This document shows, piece after piece, positions 1 through 8,470 of a stretch of 37,438 nucleotides of DNA. Position numbers and translations under genes: made by a program. The stretch comes from Candidatus Uhrbacteria bacterium. Its GTDB lineage: Bacteria > Patescibacteriota > Patescibacteriia > UBA9934. Below the pieces are notes generated by a model. The model searched no databases. It was not told where the DNA came from and was given only the letters and a program-made list of their open reading frames with translations. Numbering within the stretch: position 1 is the stretch's first letter; each line of letters starts with the position of its first letter. The stretch lies in the NCBI GenBank assembly GCA_963822405.1, contig CAWGHH010000005.1, positions 1 to 37,438 on the forward strand, read 5' to 3'.

Positions 1-201
1 GAGGTTGCCACCCGAACCCTGGGGTCTAGGTACATTACTACGACCATGTGCCGAAAATGACTGTGTGCCCTCATTTGTCATTACATAGATACCTCCGACA
101 CGGGCATCTCCACCAATAAATAAACAATTGTTAAAGCTAAGTACAGGACGGTCTCCCATCCCAGATGAAGGATCGTGCTTCGGCATCGACTCCTCAGACA
201 T
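1..201 (-). CDS. hypothetical protein, partial (3' end beyond left window edge)
   Basis: The minus-strand frame is open from ATG 201-199 to position 1 (MSEESMPKHDPSSGMGDRPVLSFNNCLFIGGDARVGG...). The ATG lies 1 nt after the TAG of the 203..574 gene. It is missing from the ORF track because no stop falls inside the window. Confidence 0.4.
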   Translation of the reverse strand, partial: MSEESMPKHDPSSGMGDRPVLSFNNCLFIGGDARVGGIYVMTNEGTQSFSAHGRSNVPRPQGSGGNL

Positions 202-202
202 A

Positions 203-574
203 CTAGGCTTCGACCACGTCCAGAATAGTTTCACCGATCTGAGTTCCATCAACAAGAAGCTCGGCGCGATACTTCCCAACAAGAGGGAGGGTGAGTCCTA
301 CTACCTGTAAAATATTGTTTATTCTGTCGCTACCAACGTTCAACCTGACCGGCTGAACATGCTTCACGACACTTTGACCAGATGCAACATGAACAACCTC
401 GAGTTCGAGATTAGCCCCTTCTTTAGGCTCAATCACCTCATAAACCAGTGTAGCCGCAGGCATTACGACCGGAAGACCCTTGGTGGTGATGCGGTTATAA
501 ATGCCGTGAATCATCATTCTTCCGTCTACCGCCATCGCTGCAGCCTCTGCAAAAAGTAAATAGTTCAATTTCAT
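203..574 (-). CDS. hypothetical protein (123 aa)
   Basis: The ORF starts 3 nt after the dnaK stop, so it is packed like an operon member. I recognise no motif. Confidence 0.6.
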   Translation of the reverse strand: MKLNYLLFAEAAAMAVDGRMMIHGIYNRITTKGLPVVMPAATLVYEVIEPKEGANLELEVVHVASGQSVVKHVQPVRLNVGSDRINNILQVVGLTLPLVGKYRAELLVDGTQIGETILDVVEA

Positions 575-577
575 ATT

Positions 578-2503
<1,926 letters not shown>

Positions 2504-2512
2504 TCAGTCTTT

Positions 2513-2589
2513 GCGAGACCAGACGTAATCGTCTGAGTCGAAGCAATCTCGTGAGGTTGCTTCGAGCTGCCGTCAGACGGCACTCTCGC
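2513..2589 (-). other. 77-nt cloverleaf-like structured element in the grpE-dnaK spacer
   Basis: On the minus strand, an outer stem GCGAGA/TCTCGC encloses three hairpins: TGCCG-TCTGA-CGGCA, CGAAGCAA-N10-TTGCTTCG and CAGACG-ATTA-CGTCTG. No U tract follows, and there is no T-loop or CCA. Confidence 0.35.
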
Positions 2590-2596
2590 AATGACT

Positions 2597-3166
2597 CTAT
2601 AGTTCGTTCACTATCACCTTCGCCGGTCTCAGTATTACGTCGCCAAACTTCCAGCCTTTAATTAGTTCTTCGAGCACTTCACCGTCGGGCTTCGACGAAT
2701 CATTCTTCGACCCGCCAGCTTCATGAAGTTTTGGATCAAATGGTTTGCCGACGGATTCGATGGCTTCGACGCCGAGACCTTTAAGAGCCTCGGTGAATTG
2801 TCGATCGATATGCTGAATGCCGGTGAACCAAGTGGCGAATTTTTTCTTGAACTCGTCGGAACACTCGGTCGTATCGGGCACGTGTTTTGTGACGTAGCCG
2901 AAGTTGTCGATCACTGGCAGAAGGTCGTCAGCCACGCCCATGCGAACTCGACGACGATCTTCTTCGCGGGTTTGTGTATTCATCTTTTGGAGATTCTCGT
3001 AGTCGGCCAAGGCACGTTTCCAACCGGAGAGATATTCTGTGCACTTCGTTTCGAGGTCTGAGGGTGTAGCGTGTAGGGTGTTGGGTGTAGAACCCTGACC
3101 GACTACGCCCTCCTCTACGACACCCGACTCCCTACTCCCTACACCCTGTTTGTCTTGTTCACTCAT
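2597..3166 (-). CDS. grpE: nucleotide exchange factor GrpE
   Basis: 189 aa with a GrpE-like core ([18 protein letters not shown]..., C-terminal [10 protein letters not shown]). Its ATG overlaps the hrcA stop (ATGA). Confidence 0.93.
   Translation of the reverse strand: MSEQDKQGVGSRESGVVEEGVVGQGSTPNTLHATPSDLETKCTEYLSGWKRALADYENLQKMNTQTREEDRRRVRMGVADDLLPVIDNFGYVTKHVPDTTECSDEFKKKFATWFTGIQHIDRQFTEALKGLGVEAIESVGKPFDPKLHEAGGSKNDSSKPDGEVLEELIKGWKFGDVILRPAKVIVNEL
3061..3146. repeat. imperfect 28-nt inverted repeat inside grpE codons ~7-35
   Basis: The left arm 3061-3088 (AGGGTGTAGCGTGTAGGGTGTTGGGTGT) matches the reverse complement of 3119-3146 at 24 of 28 positions by hand alignment. The coding strand also carries GGG-N4-GGG-N4-GGG-N4-GGG at 3123-3146. 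Confidence 0.7.
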
Positions 3167-3873
3167 ACTAATAATGGTTGTTCAATCATTTTCTTTGCCT
3201 TGTTGAGGAGGGCGATGTTGCGGCCGTAGTCCATGCGCATGGGGCCGACAATGCCCATAATGCCTCGCTCACCGTCAGGCATGCGGTGGCGAACGACCAC
3301 ACTTGCGAGATCAGATCCGAAGGGATTGTCCTCGCCTAGAATTACTTGCACGTCATCATCGGTTTTGTGCAAAAACGTTCGCATGGCTCCGTCGAATTGA
3401 TCTAGTGACTCGGCTAAACGCAGGATCGATTCTTCTGTACGGAAATCTGGTTTGCGCAGGAGGTTCGGAATCCCGAGCGTGGCACTCCACGGCTTAGTCG
3501 TTGCGAGCATGACTGCGTCGCCTGAAGCGTCCGCTAAGGCCTCGCCCAAATTCTTAAACCGCTCTTCAAAATCCGGTGCCCTACCAGCTGCCTTAATTGT
3601 AATGTTGATATTTACCGTTCTCGGCTGATCTGACGAAATAGTGTTCGCAATGTAGTACCGGTAACCAAGTTCCGTTGGCACGCGCCCGGCAGAAGTGTGG
3701 GGCTGGGTGATGAGACCCTCGCCCTCAAGCACTGCCATGTCATTTCTCACCGTGGCACTCGAACAGTCCAGTGAATAGCGGTCGCAAAGACCCTTAGAGC
3801 TGACCGGTTCGGCCGTTCTGACGTATTCGTCAATGATATAGCGCAAGACTTGTGTTTGTCTCTCGTTCAACAT
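3163..3873 (-). CDS. hrcA: heat-inducible transcription repressor HrcA (short form, 236 aa)
   Basis: The N-terminal winged helix [28 protein letters not shown] is typical of HrcA. The gene sits upstream of grpE-dnaK and downstream of a CIRCE-like site. Confidence 0.88.
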   Translation of the reverse strand: MLNERQTQVLRYIIDEYVRTAEPVSSKGLCDRYSLDCSSATVRNDMAVLEGEGLITQPHTSAGRVPTELGYRYYIANTISSDQPRTVNINITIKAAGRAPDFEERFKNLGEALADASGDAVMLATTKPWSATLGIPNLLRKPDFRTEESILRLAESLDQFDGAMRTFLHKTDDDVQVILGEDNPFGSDLASVVVRHRMPDGERGIMGIVGPMRMDYGRNIALLNKAKKMIEQPLLV

Positions 3874-3886
3874 AAAAGAGAGTGGG

Positions 3887-3913
3887 TTAGCACTCTCAAT
3901 TATAGACTGCTAG
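3887..3913. promoter_or_regulatory. CIRCE-like HrcA operator
   Basis: TTAGCACTC-N9-GACTGCTAG compared with consensus TTAGCACTC-N9-GAGTGCTAA. The left arm is perfect and the right arm has 2 mismatches. It lies directly upstream of hrcA. Confidence 0.75.
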
Positions 3914-3926
3914 ATTTTGGTGTCAA
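3899..3926 (-). promoter_or_regulatory. sigma70-type promoter of hrcA-grpE-dnaK
   Basis: The minus strand reads TTGACA (3926-3921), a 16-nt spacer, then TATAAT (3904-3899). The -10 box sits inside the CIRCE spacer. Confidence 0.7.
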
Positions 3927-3930
3927 GCGC

Positions 3931-4578
3931 CTAAGCTGCTTTTAACCTCTTCTGAACTAGTCGTTGTTCCCTAGACAGAGGAACAAGCTTTCCCGGAACT
4001 ATTTCACCGCCTACAACTTGAGCCAACCTCTGACCCTCATCGTCTGGTTCTCCCTGTAGAGGATTGCTTTCCTCGATTTCATCGGCTGAAGGTAACTTCG
4101 AGCCCATTATCAATGCATCATTGGCGGCATCCATACGCGCTATAAATTCTTTACCTGCGCTTCCCGCAAGTGGAAGCGACGAATCTCGATCTTCTGCTTC
4201 ACTTTCCATAATAGCCACACGAAGCTGGCTAAGGTTTTCTACATCTCGTGCCGCACGTTCCTTGCGCATAGCAATCGTCGCATAAGATTCTCCCTTTGGT
4301 TCTTGAAGTTCAGAAACGCGAGCTCCCTGAACCTCTGCATGTTGACCCTCCATAGCTTCAGTCGTCAGCGCAATTTGTCCACGAAGTTTGATCGCTTCCG
4401 AATCATCCTTCAGGCCCGCCGTCTCAAGTCGTTTGAGTTCAGCATTAAGCTCAGCCAACTCCTCCTGTAAATTCAAAAGTTCAGACCGTCGCTCAGGCGT
4501 CATAACTACACGCGGCTCGCGTTTTGCTTTAAATTCCCTTGCGCTCTGTGGTACTTCTCTGCGTAAATCAAGGTTCAT
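3931..4578 (-). CDS. hypothetical acidic coiled-coil protein (215 aa)
   Basis: The ORF starts 3 nt after the upstream stop. It is rich in E, L, A and R in heptad-like stretches (ELAELNAELKRLE). Confidence 0.7.
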   Translation of the reverse strand: MNLDLRREVPQSAREFKAKREPRVVMTPERRSELLNLQEELAELNAELKRLETAGLKDDSEAIKLRGQIALTTEAMEGQHAEVQGARVSELQEPKGESYATIAMRKERAARDVENLSQLRVAIMESEAEDRDSSLPLAGSAGKEFIARMDAANDALIMGSKLPSADEIEESNPLQGEPDDEGQRLAQVVGGEIVPGKLVPLSREQRLVQKRLKAA

Positions 4579-4581
4579 ATT

Positions 4582-5163
4582 TTATTCAACAATCATTTCC
4601 TTAAGCTCGGCCGCATCAACTAGATATTCCGTATCTTCATCTTTTGATGAAGCCAAATGAATGCCATCTTTAGCGATCTTCGCTATTGTCACTTCTTCTG
4701 GCTCACCGTCTTCCGCTACCTGAATCTTAAATGTGTCACCGACTGCATAAGAATCCGTCTTTTCGACCCCCTCTATTTTCTTAGAAGAAGATTGCTCCCC
4801 TGGAGGCGGTGGCGGAGCGAGCTCGTCGTCTTCTTCTGCCTCGTCGTCAATAACTTCTACCTCCTCTTCTTTGTCTTTAACTTCCGGAACCATTGGTTCG
4901 GTTTCGATTGGGTCGACAGAGACGTCGACGTCCTCACCTTCTTCGGTCACTCTTCCCTGTTGCATTGCCTCGATCCATGCCAGCTGCTTCTCATCGAGTC
5001 CATGCTTAGGATATTTCAATTCTAACTTTACAAGATCAATGGTGCCATCGTCTTTGAGAATCTTTTCATAATCAAGCAACACGCGCCACTCCTCATACGT
5101 GTTACGGTGTTCGACCGGGAGCTCAGAATGATTGGGACGTCCGATATGTCTTGGTTTATGCAT
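4582..5163 (-). CDS. hypothetical acidic protein (193 aa) with N-terminal YExWR...DGTI...KYP...QL motif
   Basis: The ORF is tightly packed with its neighbours. Its N-terminal ~50 aa are paralogous to the 64-aa product of the gene upstream. The middle has poly-E/D and PPPPP stretches. Confidence 0.7.
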   Translation of the reverse strand: MHKPRHIGRPNHSELPVEHRNTYEEWRVLLDYEKILKDDGTIDLVKLELKYPKHGLDEKQLAWIEAMQQGRVTEEGEDVDVSVDPIETEPMVPEVKDKEEEVEVIDDEAEEDDELAPPPPPGEQSSSKKIEGVEKTDSYAVGDTFKIQVAEDGEPEEVTIAKIAKDGIHLASSKDEDTEYLVDAAELKEMIVE

Positions 5164-5166
5164 ACA

Positions 5167-5361
5167 TTATTTTGCGTGTCTCTGGAGCTTCTGGATTTCT
5201 ACCAGGTGCTTTGGAGTCAAGTCTGGATATTTTTCGAAAAAGTAAATATCAGGGATAGTTAAGTCCCCATTCTCATCCATGTCACGCACTTCATCCACAA
5301 GGTGATGCCGCCAGTGCTCATATACGGAACCTTGCGCTGTTGAAAGTGGTTTTGGGGGCAT
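5167..5361 (-). CDS. hypothetical small protein (64 aa), paralogous motif
   Basis: VYEHWRHHL...ENGDLTIPD...EKYPDLTPKHLVEIQKLQ aligns with TYEEWRVLL...DDGTIDLVK...LKYPKHGLDEKQLAWIEAMQ of the next gene. Confidence 0.6.
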   Translation of the reverse strand: MPPKPLSTAQGSVYEHWRHHLVDEVRDMDENGDLTIPDIYFFEKYPDLTPKHLVEIQKLQRHAK

Positions 5362-5363
5362 AT

Positions 5364-5819
5364 TTAAACTGTTGCACGATTATACATTTCTCGAGCCTTT
5401 TGGGTCGCAATTCGACCGAACTTAGCACGCATGTCTTCACGCTTTCTTTTTGCCTCTTCAGCTTGCTGATCTTTCCACGCTTCCCCCTGACGAGCAGCAA
5501 TATAATTCAATTGTTCGGAAGTAAGTCGAAATTTTGTTGTATCTGTATCCTTAATAGTACCGTCCGGGGAAATGACGCCAATACCTAATAACTTCTTGGT
5601 CCAACCGTCCCATATTTCATTATCTGAGGCTTCCGCTTCAGCATTTTCTGCCGCGTCTTCAGTAGTCCGCTCACTCGTTCTTTCCCGAGCATCCGCCAAT
5701 CTACGTTCGGTCGGATCATTCCCTCGACGATCTCGTTCACCGGCAAGTCCAGCAGCATTTCTCGCCGGTGCATGCTCGCTCAAATTAGATTCACGACGTC
5801 CGAATGATCGTTCAGCCAT
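5364..5819 (-). CDS. hypothetical protein (151 aa), charged and Arg/Glu-rich
   Basis: I trimmed the 267-aa track ORF to the internal ATG at 5819-5817 (MAERSFG...), because the upstream 116 codons run through two tRNA genes and their terminator. Confidence 0.6.
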   Translation of the reverse strand: MAERSFGRRESNLSEHAPARNAAGLAGERDRRGNDPTERRLADARERTSERTTEDAAENAEAEASDNEIWDGWTKKLLGIGVISPDGTIKDTDTTKFRLTSEQLNYIAARQGEAWKDQQAEEAKRKREDMRAKFGRIATQKAREMYNRATV

Positions 5820-5830
5820 ATAACCAACAG

Positions 5831-5864
5831 TATACAAGAAAAACGACCGCTTGTGCGGTCGTTT
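5831..5864 (-). terminator. rho-independent terminator after the tRNA cluster
   Basis: The minus strand reads AAACGACCGC-ACAA-GCGGTCGTTT followed by TTCTTGTATA. The stem is 10 bp at 5841-5850 and 5855-5864. Confidence 0.8.
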
Positions 5865-5868
5865 CTTC

Positions 5869-5944
<76 letters not shown>

Positions 5945-5972
5945 TGGATTCTATATAATTTCTAAAATTTTC

Positions 5973-6060
5973 TGGCGGAAGAGGAGGGATTCGAACCCTC
6001 GGTGAGTTTCCCCACACACGCTTTCCAAGCGTGCGCACTAGGCCACTATGCGACTCTTCC
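5973..6060 (-). tRNA. tRNA-Ser (anticodon GGA), long variable arm, CCA encoded
   Basis: GGAAGAGTCGCATAGTGGCCTAGTGCGCACGCTTGGAAAGCGTGTGTGGGGAAACTCACCGAGGGTTCGAATCCCTCCTCTTCCGCCA. The anticodon loop is TTGGAAA. Confidence 0.93.
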
Positions 6061-6068
6061 GTAAAAAT

Positions 6069-6115
6069 GCCTTCTTGCACCCCATGCAAGCGCGCTACCA
6101 CTGCGCCACAGCCCG
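6069..6115 (-). pseudogene. truncated tRNA-Pro (anticodon GGG): 5' 47 nt only, T arm and 3' acceptor strand missing
   Basis: CGGGCTGTGGCGCAGTGGTAGCGCGCTTGCATGGGGTGCAAGAAGGC supplies the acceptor 5' strand, D arm, anticodon arm and variable loop. It is followed by ATTTTTAC and then tRNA-Ser begins. Confidence 0.6.
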
Positions 6116-6138
6116 GTTGTCTGCTGTGAACGCCCAAA

Positions 6139-6167
6139 ACTATACTCGCCCAGCCTCCTTTTCGCAA
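6139..6167 (-). promoter_or_regulatory. sigma70-type promoter of the tRNA cluster
   Basis: The minus strand reads TTGCGA (6167-6162), a 17-nt spacer, then TATAGT (6144-6139). This is about 25 nt upstream of the first tRNA-like sequence. Confidence 0.65.
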
Positions 6168-6209
6168 GTTTAGCTTTGTGCTAACCTCCCCCAGCCCCCA
6201 GGAGAACCA

Positions 6210-6875
6210 ATGTCATCACCCACCAGAAGGGAAACGCTGCCCACACAGCACTTTCCCCTGCTCTTCCCCCACCCAAGCATGAGGCTTAAAGAGTTTCCTT
6301 ATCCGCAACTCGCGCCCCAGCGAAAGCAGATCAGGAGCTCAATAGTCATTGCTGTGCAAACTGGAACCGTAAGGATGGTACGTTTCGCATTCGGCTGGGC
6401 CGATGCCGAAAAAATTACTTCCTACCCAGGAATCACCATCTGCCTAGGCGATCCACTAGACAGCCTGGTACCGCAGTCTTCGACGAGAAACGTGCTGACC
6501 CTGCCCGAACCGTACGTAGCTTTCTTCGAACGGCTAAACAGCGCCCGGCCAAATCCGAACGAAGACGAGCGCGGTGTGGTGTTCGAAAGACATCTGCCAG
6601 CTGGAGTTTGGCTGGCATTCAAGCCAGCAGGCCCACAAGAAACGTACGGTGTCATGGAAATTTCTGATGGCCAAGGCGAGAACAACGTGTTCTTCTTTGC
6701 GTCAAAGGAATCCGCAGACCAAATCCTGGCCGATCACAAACAGCTCAGCCATGAGAATGTGCTCCACGCAATCGATGACAGCGCGCTCCCGGAACTGTCC
6801 AGGGAACGGCACATCGAACTGACCGGAGACCTGGCCGACTGGATCATGGTCAACGATTTCTTGTCCCGCCCTTAG
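6210..6875 (+). CDS. hypothetical protein (221 aa), GC-rich, SD-preceded
   Basis: AGGAG at 6200-6204 lies 5 nt before the ATG. The gene has its own terminator and higher GC than its flanks. I recognise no motif. Confidence 0.6.
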   Translation: MSSPTRRETLPTQHFPLLFPHPSMRLKEFPYPQLAPQRKQIRSSIVIAVQTGTVRMVRFAFGWADAEKITSYPGITICLGDPLDSLVPQSSTRNVLTLPEPYVAFFERLNSARPNPNEDERGVVFERHLPAGVWLAFKPAGPQETYGVMEISDGQGENNVFFFASKESADQILADHKQLSHENVLHAIDDSALPELSRERHIELTGDLADWIMVNDFLSRP

Positions 6876-6905
6876 CTCCTCGTCGTCCGCGTACGACGTT
6901 CCATG

Positions 6906-6935
6906 CCCGCCGGCTAAACACCGGTGGGTTTTGTA
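6906..6935 (+). terminator. rho-independent terminator
   Basis: CCCGCCGG-CTAAACA-CCGGTGGG (one G-T pair) followed by TTTTGTATTTT. Confidence 0.65.
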
Positions 6936-6959
6936 TTTTGGGCGATGTGAACACCGCCC

Positions 6960-7844
6960 CTACGTAAACAACTCCGCCTCAAACCCCGCCGATTTTTCGA
7001 CTGAATAATCCGCAAACAAAATCAAATATTCAAACTGATACTCGCGTCGTAAAACGTTGCCGTCGGCGAACATGAGTGCAGTAGTCATAGCGTCGGTGAG
7101 CATAGTTGTGTCGGCGACAGTCCAGACGGCGATGATATGTCGAGGGCTTTCGAGTTTGAACGGGTCGATGACGTGATGGAACCGTCCCCAGGCTCGACGA
7201 TTGCCGGCGGAACCGCAAATACTTTTATTGCCGAGCATACAAATACCGATTGCCTCATCAAGATTTTCGGGATGTTCGAGCGCAACACTAATCGCCTCCG
7301 TCCCTCGATGCCTTATGTCTCCCCCGGCGTCAACGATGTAAGACAAGAATCCTTCGCGTTCGATCAACTCACTCACGATGTCGATCAAGTAACCCTTCCC
7401 GGCTGCCCCGAAGTCGAGTGAGACGCCTTCTTGAAATACTTCCAGCGTATTCGTTGCCGGATCAAACTTCATCGCCTCGTCCCATGTTGGCGGGGTCGAC
7501 AAAGTGCCCTCGGCCAAAGAATAATGCGCGTCATAACCAGCCTCAGTCATGACTTGTCCAATAAGCGGAGTGACTCGACCATCTGTCGACCGATACACTT
7601 GCTCATACAACGCAAAAAGAGGCGCAGCGTCCGGTGGAAACGCGTACACGCCTTTTGCTTTTGCCACTTTAGAAACTAATGAGTCAGCTCGAAAACGGGA
7701 ATATGTTTTGTCGAACTCTTTTATTCGCGCGTCGATTAACGGCTTAAGGCGAGCCTCGACCAGTTCACCCTGAACCCCCTTTAATCCCCCTGGAAGGGGG
7801 AATTCAATTGTCCAATGAGTTCCGATGGCGTCGAAAACGAGCAC
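6960..7844 (-). CDS. apbE: FAD:protein FMN transferase (ApbE family)
   Basis: 294 aa with ApbE-like motifs: FGAAGKGYLID, DAGGDI and SAGNRRAWGRFHHVIDP. Confidence 0.88.
   Translation of the reverse strand: MLVFDAIGTHWTIEFPLPGGLKGVQGELVEARLKPLIDARIKEFDKTYSRFRADSLVSKVAKAKGVYAFPPDAAPLFALYEQVYRSTDGRVTPLIGQVMTEAGYDAHYSLAEGTLSTPPTWDEAMKFDPATNTLEVFQEGVSLDFGAAGKGYLIDIVSELIEREGFLSYIVDAGGDIRHRGTEAISVALEHPENLDEAIGICMLGNKSICGSAGNRRAWGRFHHVIDPFKLESPRHIIAVWTVADTTMLTDAMTTALMFADGNVLRREYQFEYLILFADYSVEKSAGFEAELFT
7764..7805. repeat. degenerate copy of the G/C-rich palindromic in-frame element (in apbE)
   Basis: TTCACCCTGAACCCCCTTTAATCCCCC-TGGAA-GGGGGA. The 5' part aligns with TCCACCCTGCCCTCCCCCCCTACCCCC of the ligA copy. 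It encodes PLPGGLKGVQGE. Confidence 0.5.
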
Positions 7845-7847
7845 AAT

Positions 7848-8387
7848 TTATGCCTTTGCCTGTGACTGGATTTTGGACAAGGCAGCGTTCAAACCAATAG
7901 TTGTCAAAGAAGAACCGGAAACACGCATTGGGTTAATGTCAGAAAGTTTCTTGCCGGTGACGAACGGACCGAATGCGTCAACGATTAAATTTTGATACTG
8001 CTGGGAAGTTCCGTTTCTTGCTTGATTCTGAATTGACGCGCCTGTGACAACATCATCTTTAACAGTAACAGTAACGCCAATTGTTTCTGGTTCCCCTTCA
8101 GTAAAATAGTTTCCAGAAGCCGAATAGGTTCCATTCTTATAAGAAAAAGTTGTCACCGGAGTTGGTGTTGGAACTGGTGTAGGAACAGGAGTTGGAGTCG
8201 GAGTTGGCGTTGGGACAGGTGTAGGCGCTGGAACTGGTGTCGGAGTTGGGGTCGGCGTGTTTATGGCGGTCGGGGTCGACGAAACTGACGGTGCGGTCTG
8301 CGCACATCCGGCGCCAATAACCACTAACGAAGCCATGACAACAGCACCAAGAGTAGCCAAATATTTATCAAAAGATGATCGAGCCAT
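7848..8387 (-). CDS. lipoprotein with Thr/Pro linker and FMN-binding domain (probable ApbE substrate)
   Basis: Signal peptide ending in a Cys (VVIGAGC), then a (TP)n linker at aa ~41-78, then an FMN_bind-like domain (YKNGTYSASG...VTVTVKDDVVTG). An SGSS-LT flavinylation-type motif sits at nt 7908-7919. Confidence 0.8.
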   Translation of the reverse strand: MARSSFDKYLATLGAVVMASLVVIGAGCAQTAPSVSSTPTAINTPTPTPTPVPAPTPVPTPTPTPTPVPTPVPTPTPVTTFSYKNGTYSASGNYFTEGEPETIGVTVTVKDDVVTGASIQNQARNGTSQQYQNLIVDAFGPFVTGKKLSDINPMRVSGSSLTTIGLNAALSKIQSQAKA

Positions 8388-8470
8388 AAAGAAAAGTAAT
8401 AATGAATCGGGACAATGATAACAGCCTTACCATATGCCTACAATCAATCTTGGTGATATATTTCAGCTGT

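Noticed and set aside
8154-8267. Short-period DNA repeat (GGTGT/GGAGT units) that could be mistaken for a tandem repeat or CRISPR-like array
   Set aside because: It is the coding sequence of the (Thr-Pro)n linker of the FMN-binding lipoprotein. It has no spacer-repeat architecture.
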